A stretch of 64,000 nucleotides of DNA from Candidatus Marinacidobacterales bacterium (GCA_965237955.1 OZ250169.1:6368001-6432000), one strand, 5' to 3'. Shown: positions 10,869-20,586, counted from the stretch's first letter. Notes: generated by a model from the sequence alone, not told the origin. Program-made: numbers and translations.

Positions 10869-11169
10869 GGGTCGCAGGCCCCTTTCGTGTCAAAACCTAC
10901 TCTAAGAGCTCGGAGCATGCGTTTTTCCAAAGAGAACAGCGACTCGCGACTCCGCCGGCATGATCGCGCGGTGCACACCTTGCTCCCACGGCGATTCGAT
11001 GAGCTACGCCATGATCCTCAGATCCTCAGGAAGCGAGGGAGACGCGAACCAGTTTGTCATCAACGAGTTCCGCGCAATCCGCTACCTCGTGGCGTTCCCG
11101 GGTACGCGTCGTCCAAGCGAGCTTGCGCGCCGTTAGAGTAGGTTTTCGTTTCAAAGGGGCCTGTGACCC
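10869..11169. mobile_element. Tn3-derived miniature element (~300 bp)
   Basis: 37 bp imperfect IRs GGGTCGCAGGCCCCTTTCGTGTCAAAACCTACTCTAA / TTAGAGTAGGTTTTCGTTTCAAAGGGGCCTGTGACCC; no TSD seen. Confidence 0.75.
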
Positions 11170-11537
11170 GAGATGCCCGCCCATCACAACCTCGAGGCCT
11201 ATCTGGATGCCTACCTGAACGCCGCGGGCATCCGCGGTGCGAAGAAAACGCCGCTCTTCTGGAGCACTCTTGGAAGGACGAAAAAACTCACCACAAACCC
11301 GATGGCGCGTGTCGACGTCTATCGCATGGTTCGGCGGGGAGCTCGCGATGCCGACATTCAGACGTCCATCGGCTGCCACTCGTTTCGGGCCACCGGCATC
11401 ACGGCGTACTTAAAGAATGGCGCCGCCTCGAGCTTGCCCAGCAGATGGCGGCGTATGTTTCCGCACGCACTACCGGGCTCTACGATCGGCGCGACGAGGA
11501 AATCACCCTCGATGAGGTGGAACGGATTACGATTTGA
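11170..11537 (+). pseudogene. Tyrosine recombinase C-terminal fragment, frameshifted
   Basis: HSFRATGIT (HxxR) then frame change to LELAQQMAAYVSARTTGLYDRR; N-terminus missing at the MITE boundary. Confidence 0.85.
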
Positions 11538-11880
11538 TAAGAACAACTATAATGCATTGTTGTTGCCTCTCCTCTCCGTCCACCAAAGACCTCGCCACGT
11601 TTATACGGATATCCGGCAGGCGCTTGAAGCATATCAGTCTGTGCTCTATCTTTGTTTCGCTCCAAGACGTTGACTCTTGGGCGGATAACGCCCGTGAATT
11701 TCGACTCGTCTACTGAGTATCTAGCGACTCCCACACGGATATCCTATACTCTTCTCGTACACATCTAGTTATTCAGTCTCGAAGAAACTCTCTCAAGAAC
11801 GAATTGTCGAAAGCGCAACGATGCTTGAGATCCCATCCCGAGCTCATTTCGATGGCGCTTTGCCCCACGAGAACTCAGCT

Positions 11881-11990
11881 GTATAACCGAGCACTGGAGC
11901 AGTCGGCCCGGCAGGCCGTCTGCTTCACTGGATAAAAACGGGTATGCTCGGGCTCACGGCGCCGGGCCGCAGCTCAGCGCTACGTTATTT
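11881..11990 (+). other. attC site 1
   Basis: GTATAAC...GGAGCAGTCGGCCCGGC / GCCGGGCCGCAGCTCAG...GTTATTT imperfect palindrome. Confidence 0.8.
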
Positions 11991-12747
11991 GGATGCCTTC
12001 AACAGCAGTGGCAACTGTATCGAAGCAGGAAGCGGCCACGGAAATCACGACCGTTACAGCGCGCCCTCTGTGCCGCGTATTGAACTATGAATAGTCTCAA
12101 AGCGACCTTCCGCCGCGTGTGGATCACTGCCGGCCAGAGTGAACTGTGGAACTGCAACAGTACTTACTGTGCCGTGCCCTACGATTACCTCCCCACGGTA
12201 GACGGCGCCACTGACGATCTTGCGTGGCTCGACCGCGTCAGCCCAGGACTTCGGCAGACCGTGGACGGTACCTGCACGCTAGACAGCGAGGAGAACCAAA
12301 TCGCGCACCTGGACGACATCGTCGCGAAGGCACGTGGTCTTGGATTAAGCCTTCCTGAACCCTTTCAGCGTTTTATGACGATGGTGACTTACAGCAAAAG
12401 GTCCCGACGTCCACCGCTTGCTTTTTGGAGTTGTCGAGGGACTTCATACCGATCCGGGAGGCTGACGGGCATTTCCTCCTGCGTTTCCTCAACGACTCTA
12501 AAGCTGCGTCATGTGGTATCTGTGTATCGGGCCCAAGGAGTCGACTGCCGTCATTGCATCGTATTACTTCTTCGAGCCCGACTATTTCGACGCGATGGAA
12601 TATGAGGACATCGAGCATGAGGATCTCGTGTCGAAAGCATTTTTCTGTGCTGGCACGTTTACGGAGTTCTTATACCGATTCTGGGTTGAGGGAGGTGCCC
12701 CCACCATAGTTGAAGGTTCGAGGTGGTGGCGGCTCCTGACACATGGT

Positions 12748-14037
12748 TTACCCGACTTTGGCGTGCTTGTCGAGCGCTTGATTCTCAGTGACCTCCGCTA
12801 ACTTCGCTTCGAGGATCGGTAGCGATTGGTATCCAATGATACGACGGAAATTTTTCTCCGTGGCGAGCAGAGCCGAAGCGGCCCATCTCAGAACCATCTT
12901 GCCATTGCGCCAGCGGGTGACGCGACGGGTACGACCTCGCGCACCGCTGAAGTACGACTCGATGATGTTCGTCGATCCAAGGCAGCGTTTCAGAGATGCG
13001 GGGAGGTCGAGCTCGTTGATGGTGAACATCTCGTCGAGCCCCTCCCGGATGCTCTCCGCCGCCGAGGGGTAGTCGTCCTCGAGCCACTTCGCCTGTTGCT
13101 CCAACCGCGCTTTGCCCTTCTTTGCTGGGAGCTGCCAGGCCGAACGCAGGCTCGCTTGCACTTGCGGCTTCAGCTCCTGCGGCAGATAACCGAGCACATT
13201 GCGCTCCTTGTGCTTCCTGCAACGCTGGACCTTGTTGTGGGTACCGAACACAGCGTCGACGGCGAGCCGTAGCGCCTTGGAGCCATCGATCACGAACAGC
13301 CGACACCGCTCTGGGCTCAGGCCTCGTTCGACCAGGTCCTCCAGCAGCGCCTTGCACACTATCTGGTTCTCCGATGCTCCATCCCGAAGCCCCAGAACAT
13401 GCTTGTATCCCTCTGTATCTACGCCGATTGCCGCCAGCGCGTGGTGCTCGCCGAAGCGAATCCCGTCCAGGTACACGACCGCGATCTCCAGCTCGTCCAG
13501 CGGACGCTCCATCAGCCCCTGCAACTGCTCCGCGCTTGCTTCCACGAACTCACGGCTCACCTCGCTCTTGCTAACCCCTACCGTCTCCGCCATCTCGGGA
13601 AGAACCGACGCGTACTTGCGCGTCGACACACCCAGCATCAGGATTTCCCAGATGCGTTGGCTCAGCCGAGACGAGTTGTTCACCGCTTCGTAGGCAGGAA
13701 TCGCAACCTCCCCTCCCTCTGCCTTTCCCTTACGCCGCAGACGTGGCCGGCTCACTCTCAACTTCCGCTCCGCAAGGCTTACTACGCCACCCTGCCGGCC
13801 GTGCCAGCGAACATCGCTACCCTTCTTCCCCGGGTGTTTCTCCCCAGCCACACTTTGGGCTGACAGATCCAAGACCGCTTCGATCGTCGCTCGGCCAGCA
13901 ACGTCGATCACTTCGTCGATCGCTATCTCGGTTCGCTCAATCGCATCCAAGAACGGCAACAGAGCTTGCCCCTTCGAGCTCAGTATCTCTCGAAGCTTCT
14001 TCCTGTTCTTCGCATCGATGATTTGGTAATTTGACAT
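12748..14037 (-). CDS. IS256 transposase
   Basis: GVSTRKY, VYLDG, IDGSKAL, QRCRKHK, STNIIES; start MSNYQ as in copy 2. Confidence 0.95.
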   Translation of the reverse strand: MSNYQIIDAKNRKKLREILSSKGQALLPFLDAIERTEIAIDEVIDVAGRATIEAVLDLSAQSVAGEKHPGKKGSDVRWHGRQGGVVSLAERKLRVSRPRLRRKGKAEGGEVAIPAYEAVNNSSRLSQRIWEILMLGVSTRKYASVLPEMAETVGVSKSEVSREFVEASAEQLQGLMERPLDELEIAVVYLDGIRFGEHHALAAIGVDTEGYKHVLGLRDGASENQIVCKALLEDLVERGLSPERCRLFVIDGSKALRLAVDAVFGTHNKVQRCRKHKERNVLGYLPQELKPQVQASLRSAWQLPAKKGKARLEQQAKWLEDDYPSAAESIREGLDEMFTINELDLPASLKRCLGSTNIIESYFSGARGRTRRVTRWRNGKMVLRWAASALLATEKNFRRIIGYQSLPILEAKLAEVTENQALDKHAKVG

Positions 14038-14060
14038 CGTGGTGGCTCCTTTCTTTTTCC

Positions 14061-15779
14061 GGTTCTCCTGTCGTTTCGGGGGATCTGATTTGTGTTGGAG
14101 GGCATGGCCTATGGACGCTGCCGCGATTGTGGAAAACGCCGGAAACTCCGGGCGAGAGAGGCGTTTAGGGAAAGGTTGTGAGCACGTACAAACGTGGAGC
14201 GGCGTTTTCCACAATCGCTTGGAAAACGCTTCGCGTTTCCCACGAGCGCCCACAGGCCCCTCCTGATATATATACAAGAAAGATTAATTCATATGGAATA
14301 AGGAAGGGGGGGCTCGATTAGTGGAGGCTATGGAAAACGCCCTTCCAGGCTTCGAAGAGAACTCAGTCGTGAGCAAGGTCTGAACGACCAGAACCGTGGG
14401 GGCGTTTCCCACAGCCTCGTCTCCCGCTGAGGGGCAGTGGCATTTGGTGAGGCCCGTGGGTTGAGAGGGTAAGCCATGTGTAGATGCGCATCGGCGAGAA
14501 CGCTAGAATCTTTTTTTCCGAAAGAGAAAAGAGCGTTCCCGCGATGCGCGTTACTACGTTAGTCAACAAGCTCATCGGATTGCAAGGCCTGTGGGTCCGA
14601 GGTTTCCACTTCCAGGCGGACAAAGCCAGAGTGGTGGTGGATGTAGTACCACGGAGGAGGAAGCCTCTGTGCGGGATTTGCGGACGAAAGGTCCGCAAGA
14701 ACAAAGATCGCTACAATCGCTACTGGCGGCACTTGGACCTGTTCGGAGTCCGGACCTATCTTCGCTACTCGATCCGACGAGTAGTATGTCGGCGGTGTGG
14801 AGTGGTCAGAGAAAAGGTGCCTTGGGCCGACAAGGGAAGCCGCTTTACCAAAAGCTTCGAACAAGAGGTAGCGTGGCTGGCACAGAGGACGGACGTCAGC
14901 GCCGTAGCGAACTATTTCCGAGTGACGTGGCGTTCGGTGCGACGGATCATCCAGCGAGTGGTTGCCGAGCAGCGGGATGAGCGGCGCGAGCTCGATGGAT
15001 TGCGGGTGATTGGGATGGACGAGATCAGCTACCGCAAACGCCACAAGTACTTAACAGTGGTAATAGACCATCTCAGCGGCCGGGTCGTCTGGGCGGGAAA
15101 GGAGCGCAAGGCCAAGACGCTGCTGCGGTTTTTCCGCAAGCTCGGACCACAAAGAGCCGCGGAGCTCGAAGCGGTCAGCATGGACATGTGGGAGCCGTAC
15201 ATAACTGTCGTCGGCAAAAAGGCTCCTCAGGCACGGGTGATCTTTGACCGCTTCCACATCGTCAAGCATCTGAACGAGGCCGTGGATAAGACCCGGCGCG
15301 AGCTGGTGCGCGAGCTCAAAGGGACTGCCCGGCGCAACCTCAAGAACACCAAGTTTCCCCTTCTCAAGGCCAAACACAACCGCAGCGCGAAAGACAAACG
15401 GGTGCTCCGCGAGCAGGTGCGAGCTAATCGTCGCCTCTACCGCGCCATGCTTCTGCGCGACGACTTCATGGACCTCTACACCTACAAAACCGAGACATGG
15501 GCCAAGAAGTTTCTCCGAGGATGGCTGCGGCGCGCTATGAGCTCGAGGATAGAGCCCGTCAAACGCGCGGCGAAGATGATCCGCAGCCACTTCGATGGCG
15601 TCATCGCGTGGGTCACGTGGAGACTCAGCAACGGCCGACTCGAAGGAATGAACAACAAAATCCGGCTGCTGAGCCACCGCAGCTTTGGACTCCACTCTGC
15701 CGAAGCTCTCATCAGTCTCGTCTACCTAAACTGTGGCGGTCTCACCCTCGAGAGGATCCACTGAAATGGCAGGAGAGGC
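14061..15779 (+). mobile_element. ISL3-family element, copy 2 (1719 bp)
   Basis: Near-identical to 4471-6189, inverted; TSD CTTTTTCC / CTTATTCC; the empty site is visible in IS256 copy 2 near 38807-38814. Confidence 0.95.
14484..15764 (+). CDS. ISL3 transposase
   Basis: Same motifs as copy 1; intact CGICG zinc finger (YGICG in copy 1). Confidence 0.95.
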   Translation: MRIGENARIFFSEREKSVPAMRVTTLVNKLIGLQGLWVRGFHFQADKARVVVDVVPRRRKPLCGICGRKVRKNKDRYNRYWRHLDLFGVRTYLRYSIRRVVCRRCGVVREKVPWADKGSRFTKSFEQEVAWLAQRTDVSAVANYFRVTWRSVRRIIQRVVAEQRDERRELDGLRVIGMDEISYRKRHKYLTVVIDHLSGRVVWAGKERKAKTLLRFFRKLGPQRAAELEAVSMDMWEPYITVVGKKAPQARVIFDRFHIVKHLNEAVDKTRRELVRELKGTARRNLKNTKFPLLKAKHNRSAKDKRVLREQVRANRRLYRAMLLRDDFMDLYTYKTETWAKKFLRGWLRRAMSSRIEPVKRAAKMIRSHFDGVIAWVTWRLSNGRLEGMNNKIRLLSHRSFGLHSAEALISLVYLNCGGLTLERIH

Positions 15780-16070
15780 CTTATTCCTTCACAGCCGGAT
15801 TCTATCGAACCCGGCCTTAGGAGCCGCCACTCCTAACCTTCAACTATCTCAGGGGCATCTCCGGGTTGAGAATACGATCTGGTATTCGCTTCATGACGGA
15901 TTGCAGTTGACACCCATTCAGAAGGAATACCGGAGCCAAATCTCGAGAAAGTTGTACACGCGATGACCAGGTGTTCCCGAGCGTCCGGCGTTCTGGAAAC
16001 GCCATCGCCCCGTCTATGCTCGAGAAGTCGGATGCGCAGAGTCGTCGCCGACCACTGGGCGTCGGGCACC

Positions 16071-16151
16071 AAATAACAGCACGTGCAGCCGTCGGGCGCC
16101 AACATGACTTCTTCGATTGTCGGCGTCCGCAGCTGACGTGTTACGTTATTC
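16071..16151 (+). other. attC site 2
   Basis: AAATAAC...CACGTGCAGCCGTCGGGCGCC / GGCGTCCGCAGCTGACGTG...GTTATTC; CAAATAAC is the exact complement of GTTATTTG of attC1. Confidence 0.82.
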
Positions 16152-16228
16152 GGACTAGCTACTGTGAGATAAAGTGACGCGGGAGAATCGGTGTCGAAGC
16201 CGTTTCGAGCCAGTTTGAAGTCGAGCCT

Positions 16229-16558
16229 ATGGCGAACATCTTCCATGTCATTGGAACATTTCACATCACCGGTCGCACTGTGTTCTTTGTCTACGGGGAC
16301 ATAGTACAGGGTGTAGCACGGGCTGGAATGTTTGCGCGTGTGAGCCGTAGATCCGCTATGCCCATGGAACTGCCAGTTGATGCGGTCGAGTTCGTTGACC
16401 TAGCAAACGGTGAGTTCCACCTGGCACTGGGCTTTAAGTACGAGAACGAGGAGCAACTCGACCGCTGGAAGCGTCTCAACATCGGTGACGAAGACCTAGA
16501 GTTGATCGATGAGAAATCGCGTTTCGGTGAGCCGAGGTCTGAAGGTGTGTCGCCGTAG
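16229..16558 (+). CDS. Cassette-borne hypothetical protein (109 aa)
   Basis: Single ORF filling the space between attC2 and attC3. Confidence 0.7.
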   Translation: MANIFHVIGTFHITGRTVFFVYGDIVQGVARAGMFARVSRRSAMPMELPVDAVEFVDLANGEFHLALGFKYENEEQLDRWKRLNIGDEDLELIDEKSRFGEPRSEGVSP

Positions 16559-16588
16559 CGACCACCGAATGCGCACCATGCGGGAGCC

Positions 16589-16695
16589 GCATAACATCCG
16601 CTTGAGCAGACGGCCGGCACTCAGGATTCGACTGATGAATCAGCTTTACGGTATCTTCGACTAAAGCCGGCCGCAGCTCAGCGGCGACGTTAGCT
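16589..16695 (+). other. attC site 3
   Basis: GCATAAC...CCGCTTGAGCAGACGGCCGGC / GCCGGCCGCAGCTCAGCGG...GTTAGCT. Confidence 0.88.
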
Positions 16696-16714
16696 GGGTC
16701 TTCGGGGTCAGGCG

Positions 16715-17023
16715 GTGGGGATTAAGATGCTAACTCAGGTGTGTTTGGATTATTTGCTCCTTCTTGTGGACGGCGATGATTCGGTGATCGATAGCCGATA
16801 CTGTGAGAAAACGCTGGGTCCCCTTCTTGACGATATGCAGGAAGCAACGGAATCCGAAAAGCAGGCCTTAGCCGCCGCGGCACGTGAAAGGTTGGCATGG
16901 CTACTTCGTGAGCCAGATGAACACGGATATACCCCACGGAAGCTCGTCTCTCAAGAAACACGCGATTTCTTAACCGCCCTCGGTGAGGGAACCGTCTTGC
17001 AGGCGCGCGAAGGGACCAGCTAA
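16715..17023 (+). CDS. Cassette-borne hypothetical protein (~100 aa)
   Basis: Stop TAA lies inside the R'' box AGCTAAC of attC4. Confidence 0.75.
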   Translation: MGIKMLTQVCLDYLLLLVDGDDSVIDSRYCEKTLGPLLDDMQEATESEKQALAAAARERLAWLLREPDEHGYTPRKLVSQETRDFLTALGEGTVLQAREGTS

Positions 17024-17080
17024 CCCTCGCTGGCTGGCTCGACGGCGAGCGCCGCTCGCCGCTGAGCTCTAACGTTCGCC
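17018..17080 (+). other. attC site 4 (short, degenerate)
   Basis: CCAGCTAAC complements GTTAGCTGG of attC3; right arm ACGGCGAGCGCCGCTCGCCGCTGAGCT shared with attC5; ends GTTCGCC. Confidence 0.7.
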
Positions 17081-17092
17081 GGACTAGGGCGT

Positions 17093-17660
17093 ATGAGCAC
17101 CAAGGCAGAGCTAAACTCCATACTCTTTATCGCAATCGTGCTCGCGGTCTCTTGTCAGGATCAATCTAATCAAACCCCCTCAACGTCAACCGCGCGACGC
17201 ACGCCCTCAGGCTTCCTCATCGTCCGCCTGGCCCAACGCCCTCGCAGGAGAGTGGCGCGTGGTTGAGTGGTTTCCAGCGCGCATCGGAACGTGGTCCTCC
17301 GAGGAGGGCGAGCGGGTCGTCGGTCAGGTCGCGCGGTTGTATGCGAATGACCTGGTGGTTCCGGCGTACGGGTGCGAGCGCCCGCACTTTGCCGTCTCCG
17401 ACACCGGCGAGTTCTGGGGGCAGCTCGAGAGGTGCCAAACTGACGAGCCGCCTGCCAGTTGTCGGGACATCTGGTGGGCCCGTGATTCTATGCTCAAGTG
17501 TGCGGGCTCGGAGAACCGCCCATCACCGCTAGCTCAGGTGGCCGTCAGTTGTCCCGACGGAGAGGGGCTCGGGTTCAGCGTTGCGCAGCTCTCGGACGCG
17601 CGGGCCGTTCTCGGTTTGCCGGATGGCCGAGGTTTCCTCTGCCTGGAGTTGATGGAGTAG
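17093..17660 (+). pseudogene. Putative cassette lipoprotein, frameshifted
   Basis: MSTKAELNSILFIAIVLAVSC lipobox-like start directly after attC4; continues in ORF 17259-17660. Confidence 0.5.
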
Positions 17661-17763
17661 CGGCTGGGGCGAGTCGTGACGACCGCGTCGATGCGGGCGT
17701 TACTTGGCTTGATGTTAGCGATGTGCTGCAGTGTGAACCGCCCCGGGTTTTCCGGAGACTGTT

Positions 17764-18681
17764 TTAGTTGAGTCTCGCCATCTCTAGCGAGCCTTCCTGC
17801 GACCGATAGTAGTTCATCTCGTACTCGACGGGGGAGACATTTCCGATCGGCTCCAAGAGTCGTTGCGTGTTGTACCAATGGACCCACTCGAGGGTGGCGA
17901 ACTCAACGTCTTCGAGACCACGCCAGGGCCCACGTCGACGGATCACCTCGGTCTTGTAGAGGCCGATGATGGATTCAGCCAAAGCGTTATCGTAAGAGTC
18001 GCCTCGGCTGCCGACGGACGGCTCAATGCCCGCCTCGGCGAGCCGCTCGGTGTAACGGATCGAGACGTACTGCACGCCGCGATCGCTGTGATGCACCAAT
18101 TGATCTTCTGGGTTTAGTCGGCGCTCGTGCAACGCCTGCTCCAACGCATCGAGAGCGATGCCGGCAGTCAACGATGTCGTCGCTCGCCAACCGACGCTGA
18201 GTCGAGCGAAGACGTCGATGACGAAGGCGACATACACGAAGCCGCGCCACGTGGCGATGTAGGTCAGGTCCGAAACCCAGAGCTCGTTCGGGCGTGTGGC
18301 GTTGAAGTCGCCCTCCACGAGGTCCATCGGGCGAGCGCCGCTCGAATCCGGCTTCGTCGTCTTGAATCGACGTCCACGGACCGCGCCCTGGAGACCCATT
18401 TCACGCATCAGACGGGCCACCGTGCATCGAGCCACGTCGCGGCCCTCACGGCACAGCTGACGCCAGACCTTGCGCACGCCATACACGTCAAAGTTCTCTT
18501 GCCGTACACGACGAATCTCGCCGCGGAGTTGGACGTCGCGCTTCGCTCTCGCTGGCAGGCGGCTTGGGTCCTTCTCTCGCGCTTTCTGCTCGTAATAGGT
18601 CGACGGGGCGATCGGAAGCATCCGGCAGATCGGCGCGTCCCCGTAATTTTCACGGTTCGCGTCCACGAACAACACATTCAC
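17764..18681 (-). CDS. IS3 transposase OrfB
   Basis: WVSDLTY, HHSDRGVQY, DSYDNALAES. Confidence 0.95.
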   Translation of the reverse strand: MNVLFVDANRENYGDAPICRMLPIAPSTYYEQKAREKDPSRLPARAKRDVQLRGEIRRVRQENFDVYGVRKVWRQLCREGRDVARCTVARLMREMGLQGAVRGRRFKTTKPDSSGARPMDLVEGDFNATRPNELWVSDLTYIATWRGFVYVAFVIDVFARLSVGWRATTSLTAGIALDALEQALHERRLNPEDQLVHHSDRGVQYVSIRYTERLAEAGIEPSVGSRGDSYDNALAESIIGLYKTEVIRRRGPWRGLEDVEFATLEWVHWYNTQRLLEPIGNVSPVEYEMNYYRSQEGSLEMARLN

Positions 18682-18998
18682 CTCGGTCGGCGGTCGAGCT
18701 CCGCCTGGGCGAAAAACGCCGACGCCTTGCGAAGGATCTCGTTCGCCCGCTTTAGCTCACGGTTCTCTCGCTCAAGCTCCTTCAGCCGCTGACGCTCGTC
18801 CGTCGTCAGTCCCGCTCGTTTCCCAGCATCACGCTCTGCTCGCCGCACCCACGTGCGTAGCGTTTCCCGCGTACAGTCAATCTTCGACGCAATCGATGAG
18901 ATCGCTGACCACTGAGATTCGTGCTGAGCCTGCTGGTCGAAAACCATCCGCACTGCGCGCTCTTTTACCTCCGGTGAATACCTGCTTCGTCTTGTCAT
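18678..18998 (-). CDS. IS3 transposase OrfA
   Basis: RYSPEVKERAVRMV...EILRKASAFFAQAELDR. Confidence 0.95.
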   Translation of the reverse strand: MTRRSRYSPEVKERAVRMVFDQQAQHESQWSAISSIASKIDCTRETLRTWVRRAERDAGKRAGLTTDERQRLKELERENRELKRANEILRKASAFFAQAELDRRPR

Positions 18999-19257
18999 GA
19001 CTCCATCCTCTCAAGAGTTGGAGTCTCCGGAAAACCCGGGGCGGTTCATGAGAAGTTTCTAGCGGAGTCGACGCGGCCGAACGGTTGGACGATAACCAAT
19101 GTCTTCGTCATCGGTTGGGACGGCACCGGCAATCCTTTTGGCATCCATCGTCAAAGCGGTCGCATCTTAGTGGAGGACCACAACTTTGGAGGTGTCCACG
19201 AACTGGCCCCGTCGCTGGCGGTGTTCTTGCTTCAGGGGCTCAACATGTAAGGGAAAC

Positions 19258-19352
19258 GTCTAACATCAGCTGCAACGGACGAGCGGCGATATGTTGTTTA
19301 GAATGAAAAGACTTACGGCGAGCGCCGCTCGCCGCTGAGCTTTTCGTTATAC
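19258..19352 (+). other. attC site 5
   Basis: GTCTAAC...CTGCAACGGACGAGCGGCG / CGCCGCTCGCCGCTGAG...GTTATAC. Confidence 0.82.
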
Positions 19353-19436
19353 TCGCCTCGAATTCAAAGAAGATCTGCCAGAGAGTCGGCGGCGAAGTCC
19401 TGAAATCGATCGATGGCAACTACTTAGGGCCAGTGA

Positions 19437-19904
19437 TTACTTGCGATGTTTTAGAAGTCGCTCGTCAAAGCCGAAAGCCGTGTCCTTGTCGATGCGGACG
19501 CCGGCGAACTCCGGATGCGCCGGGTTCAGGAGCACGTTGTGGTCGTCGACGACGACCGCGGAGGGAACTCTCAACATGAGGGTTTGCCGGCTTGCGGCCC
19601 AGCGTGTTCCGATCTCGGCAAGTGCCGCCGGAGCAGGGAATGTCTTCCAATCCTCTGGCAAGGACTCGGAATCGATCGTACGCGAAGACGCCGCATCGGG
19701 AACATCGATGAACACCAGGCGGAGGTCGGATGGTTGGAGATTCGCGTCGACGTGAACGAGCAACTCCACGGTGGCCAGGGCAGGGCTGCTCGCGGTGTAC
19801 AAGATCGAGGTCCCTTTCTGATTCCAGCGTGCACCGTACATTCGGGCGCCGGTACCGCTGAGGTCTTGCGCGTACGCGGCCTTTGATATGCGATAGAGGA
19901 TCAA
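19437..19904 (-). CDS. RES-domain toxin (NAD+ phosphorylase type)
   Basis: LSGTGARMYGARWN, YTASSPALATVE, LRVPSAVV, NVLLNPAHP. Confidence 0.93.
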   Translation of the reverse strand: MILYRISKAAYAQDLSGTGARMYGARWNQKGTSILYTASSPALATVELLVHVDANLQPSDLRLVFIDVPDAASSRTIDSESLPEDWKTFPAPAALAEIGTRWAASRQTLMLRVPSAVVVDDHNVLLNPAHPEFAGVRIDKDTAFGFDERLLKHRK

Positions 19905-20332
19905 GACACGAGGCCGTGCTCGACGCGACCCAGCTCGTCAACTACCAGATCGATCCCGAGCTTGGACGCCACGAGGTCCATCGGCTTGCGATTGCCGAGC
20001 GCCACATTCGACCGCTGCATCCAAGCGAGGAACCTATCCTTGTCCTCAAAGACGTCGACGCCACGAACGACGACGCGCGCGATCTCCAGAAGATGATCCG
20101 AGACAGCCCGGCTTAGGCGGGTCGAACGTGAGTACCGCTGGATGGTGCGTTCCGTGATCGGGAGCAAGCGCGCCATCTGGGCCGTTGAGAGCTCCAAAAA
20201 GTTTGCCAGCTCCAGCAAGGACGCTTTGGTAAGCCCCTTCTCGCCGAGGTCGACGAGATCCAGCATCGTCTCGAACTTCCCCCGGAACGTTTTAGGACCT
20301 CCGAGCAGCTCGAGAACGGCGGCTGGATTCAT
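19901..20332 (-). CDS. Xre/MbcA/ParS-type antitoxin
   Basis: HTH ITERTIQR; C-terminal ALGNRKPMDL...ELGRVEHG; overlaps the toxin start by 4 bp. Confidence 0.92.
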   Translation of the reverse strand: MNPAAVLELLGGPKTFRGKFETMLDLVDLGEKGLTKASLLELANFLELSTAQMARLLPITERTIQRYSRSTRLSRAVSDHLLEIARVVVRGVDVFEDKDRFLAWMQRSNVALGNRKPMDLVASKLGIDLVVDELGRVEHGLVS

Positions 20333-20342
20333 GTAGATAGCT

Positions 20343-20386
20343 CCGTCATTTGACGTAATTATACCGTCACTTGTCGCAAAGATCAA
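20343..20386 (-). promoter_or_regulatory. Putative sigma70 promoter and operator of xre-res
   Basis: TTGATC-17 bp-TATAAT on minus; repeats GACAAGTGACGG and GTCAAATGACGG flank the -10 box. Confidence 0.65.
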
Positions 20387-20586
20387 ACTGAGGGGCTTTG
20401 GCCCGTTCCGGGCCCTCTGAAAGCGCCGCTTTTCGAGCTCTCCTCAGAATCGCATGGAAACATGTCCATCGTCAAAACTCGTCCGTCCTTGAAATCAGGC
20501 ACTTACACCGACCCAAGCCTGGGCTAGGAGCTGGTTCTCTGAGATTCCGCCGTGGGAAGGGCAAAACCGTGCTGCTCACACAGGCA

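Larger units (their letters stand above)
12691..15862 (-). mobile_element. IS256-family element copy 1 (1445 bp plus nested ISL3)
   Basis: IRs GGAGGTGCCCC...ATAGTTGAAGGTT / AACCTTCAACTAT...GGGGCATCTCC; 8 bp TSD GGGTTGAG. Confidence 0.93.
12087..15966 (+). pseudogene. Cassette gene, SMI1/KNR4-like, frameshifted and split by IS256
   Basis: LSLPEPFQRFM, WYLCI, and FTEFLYRFWVE|NTIWYSL rejoined in frame across the GGGTTGAG TSD. Confidence 0.65.
17734..19048 (-). mobile_element. IS3-family (IS51 group) element
   Basis: Perfect IRs TGAACCGCCCCGGGTTTTCCGGAGACT. Confidence 0.95.

Noticed and set aside
11170-11537. Tyrosine recombinase as the integron integrase IntI
   Set aside because: No IntI-specific insertion before HxxR; it is truncated, frameshifted and co-oriented with the cassettes; no attI found.
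4471-15779. Composite transposon or inversion bounded by the two ISL3 copies
   Set aside because: Each copy keeps its own TSD, so they are independent insertions.
11881-19352. CRISPR array
   Set aside because: Repeats are non-identical long palindromes separated by genes; no cas genes or regular spacers anywhere in the window.
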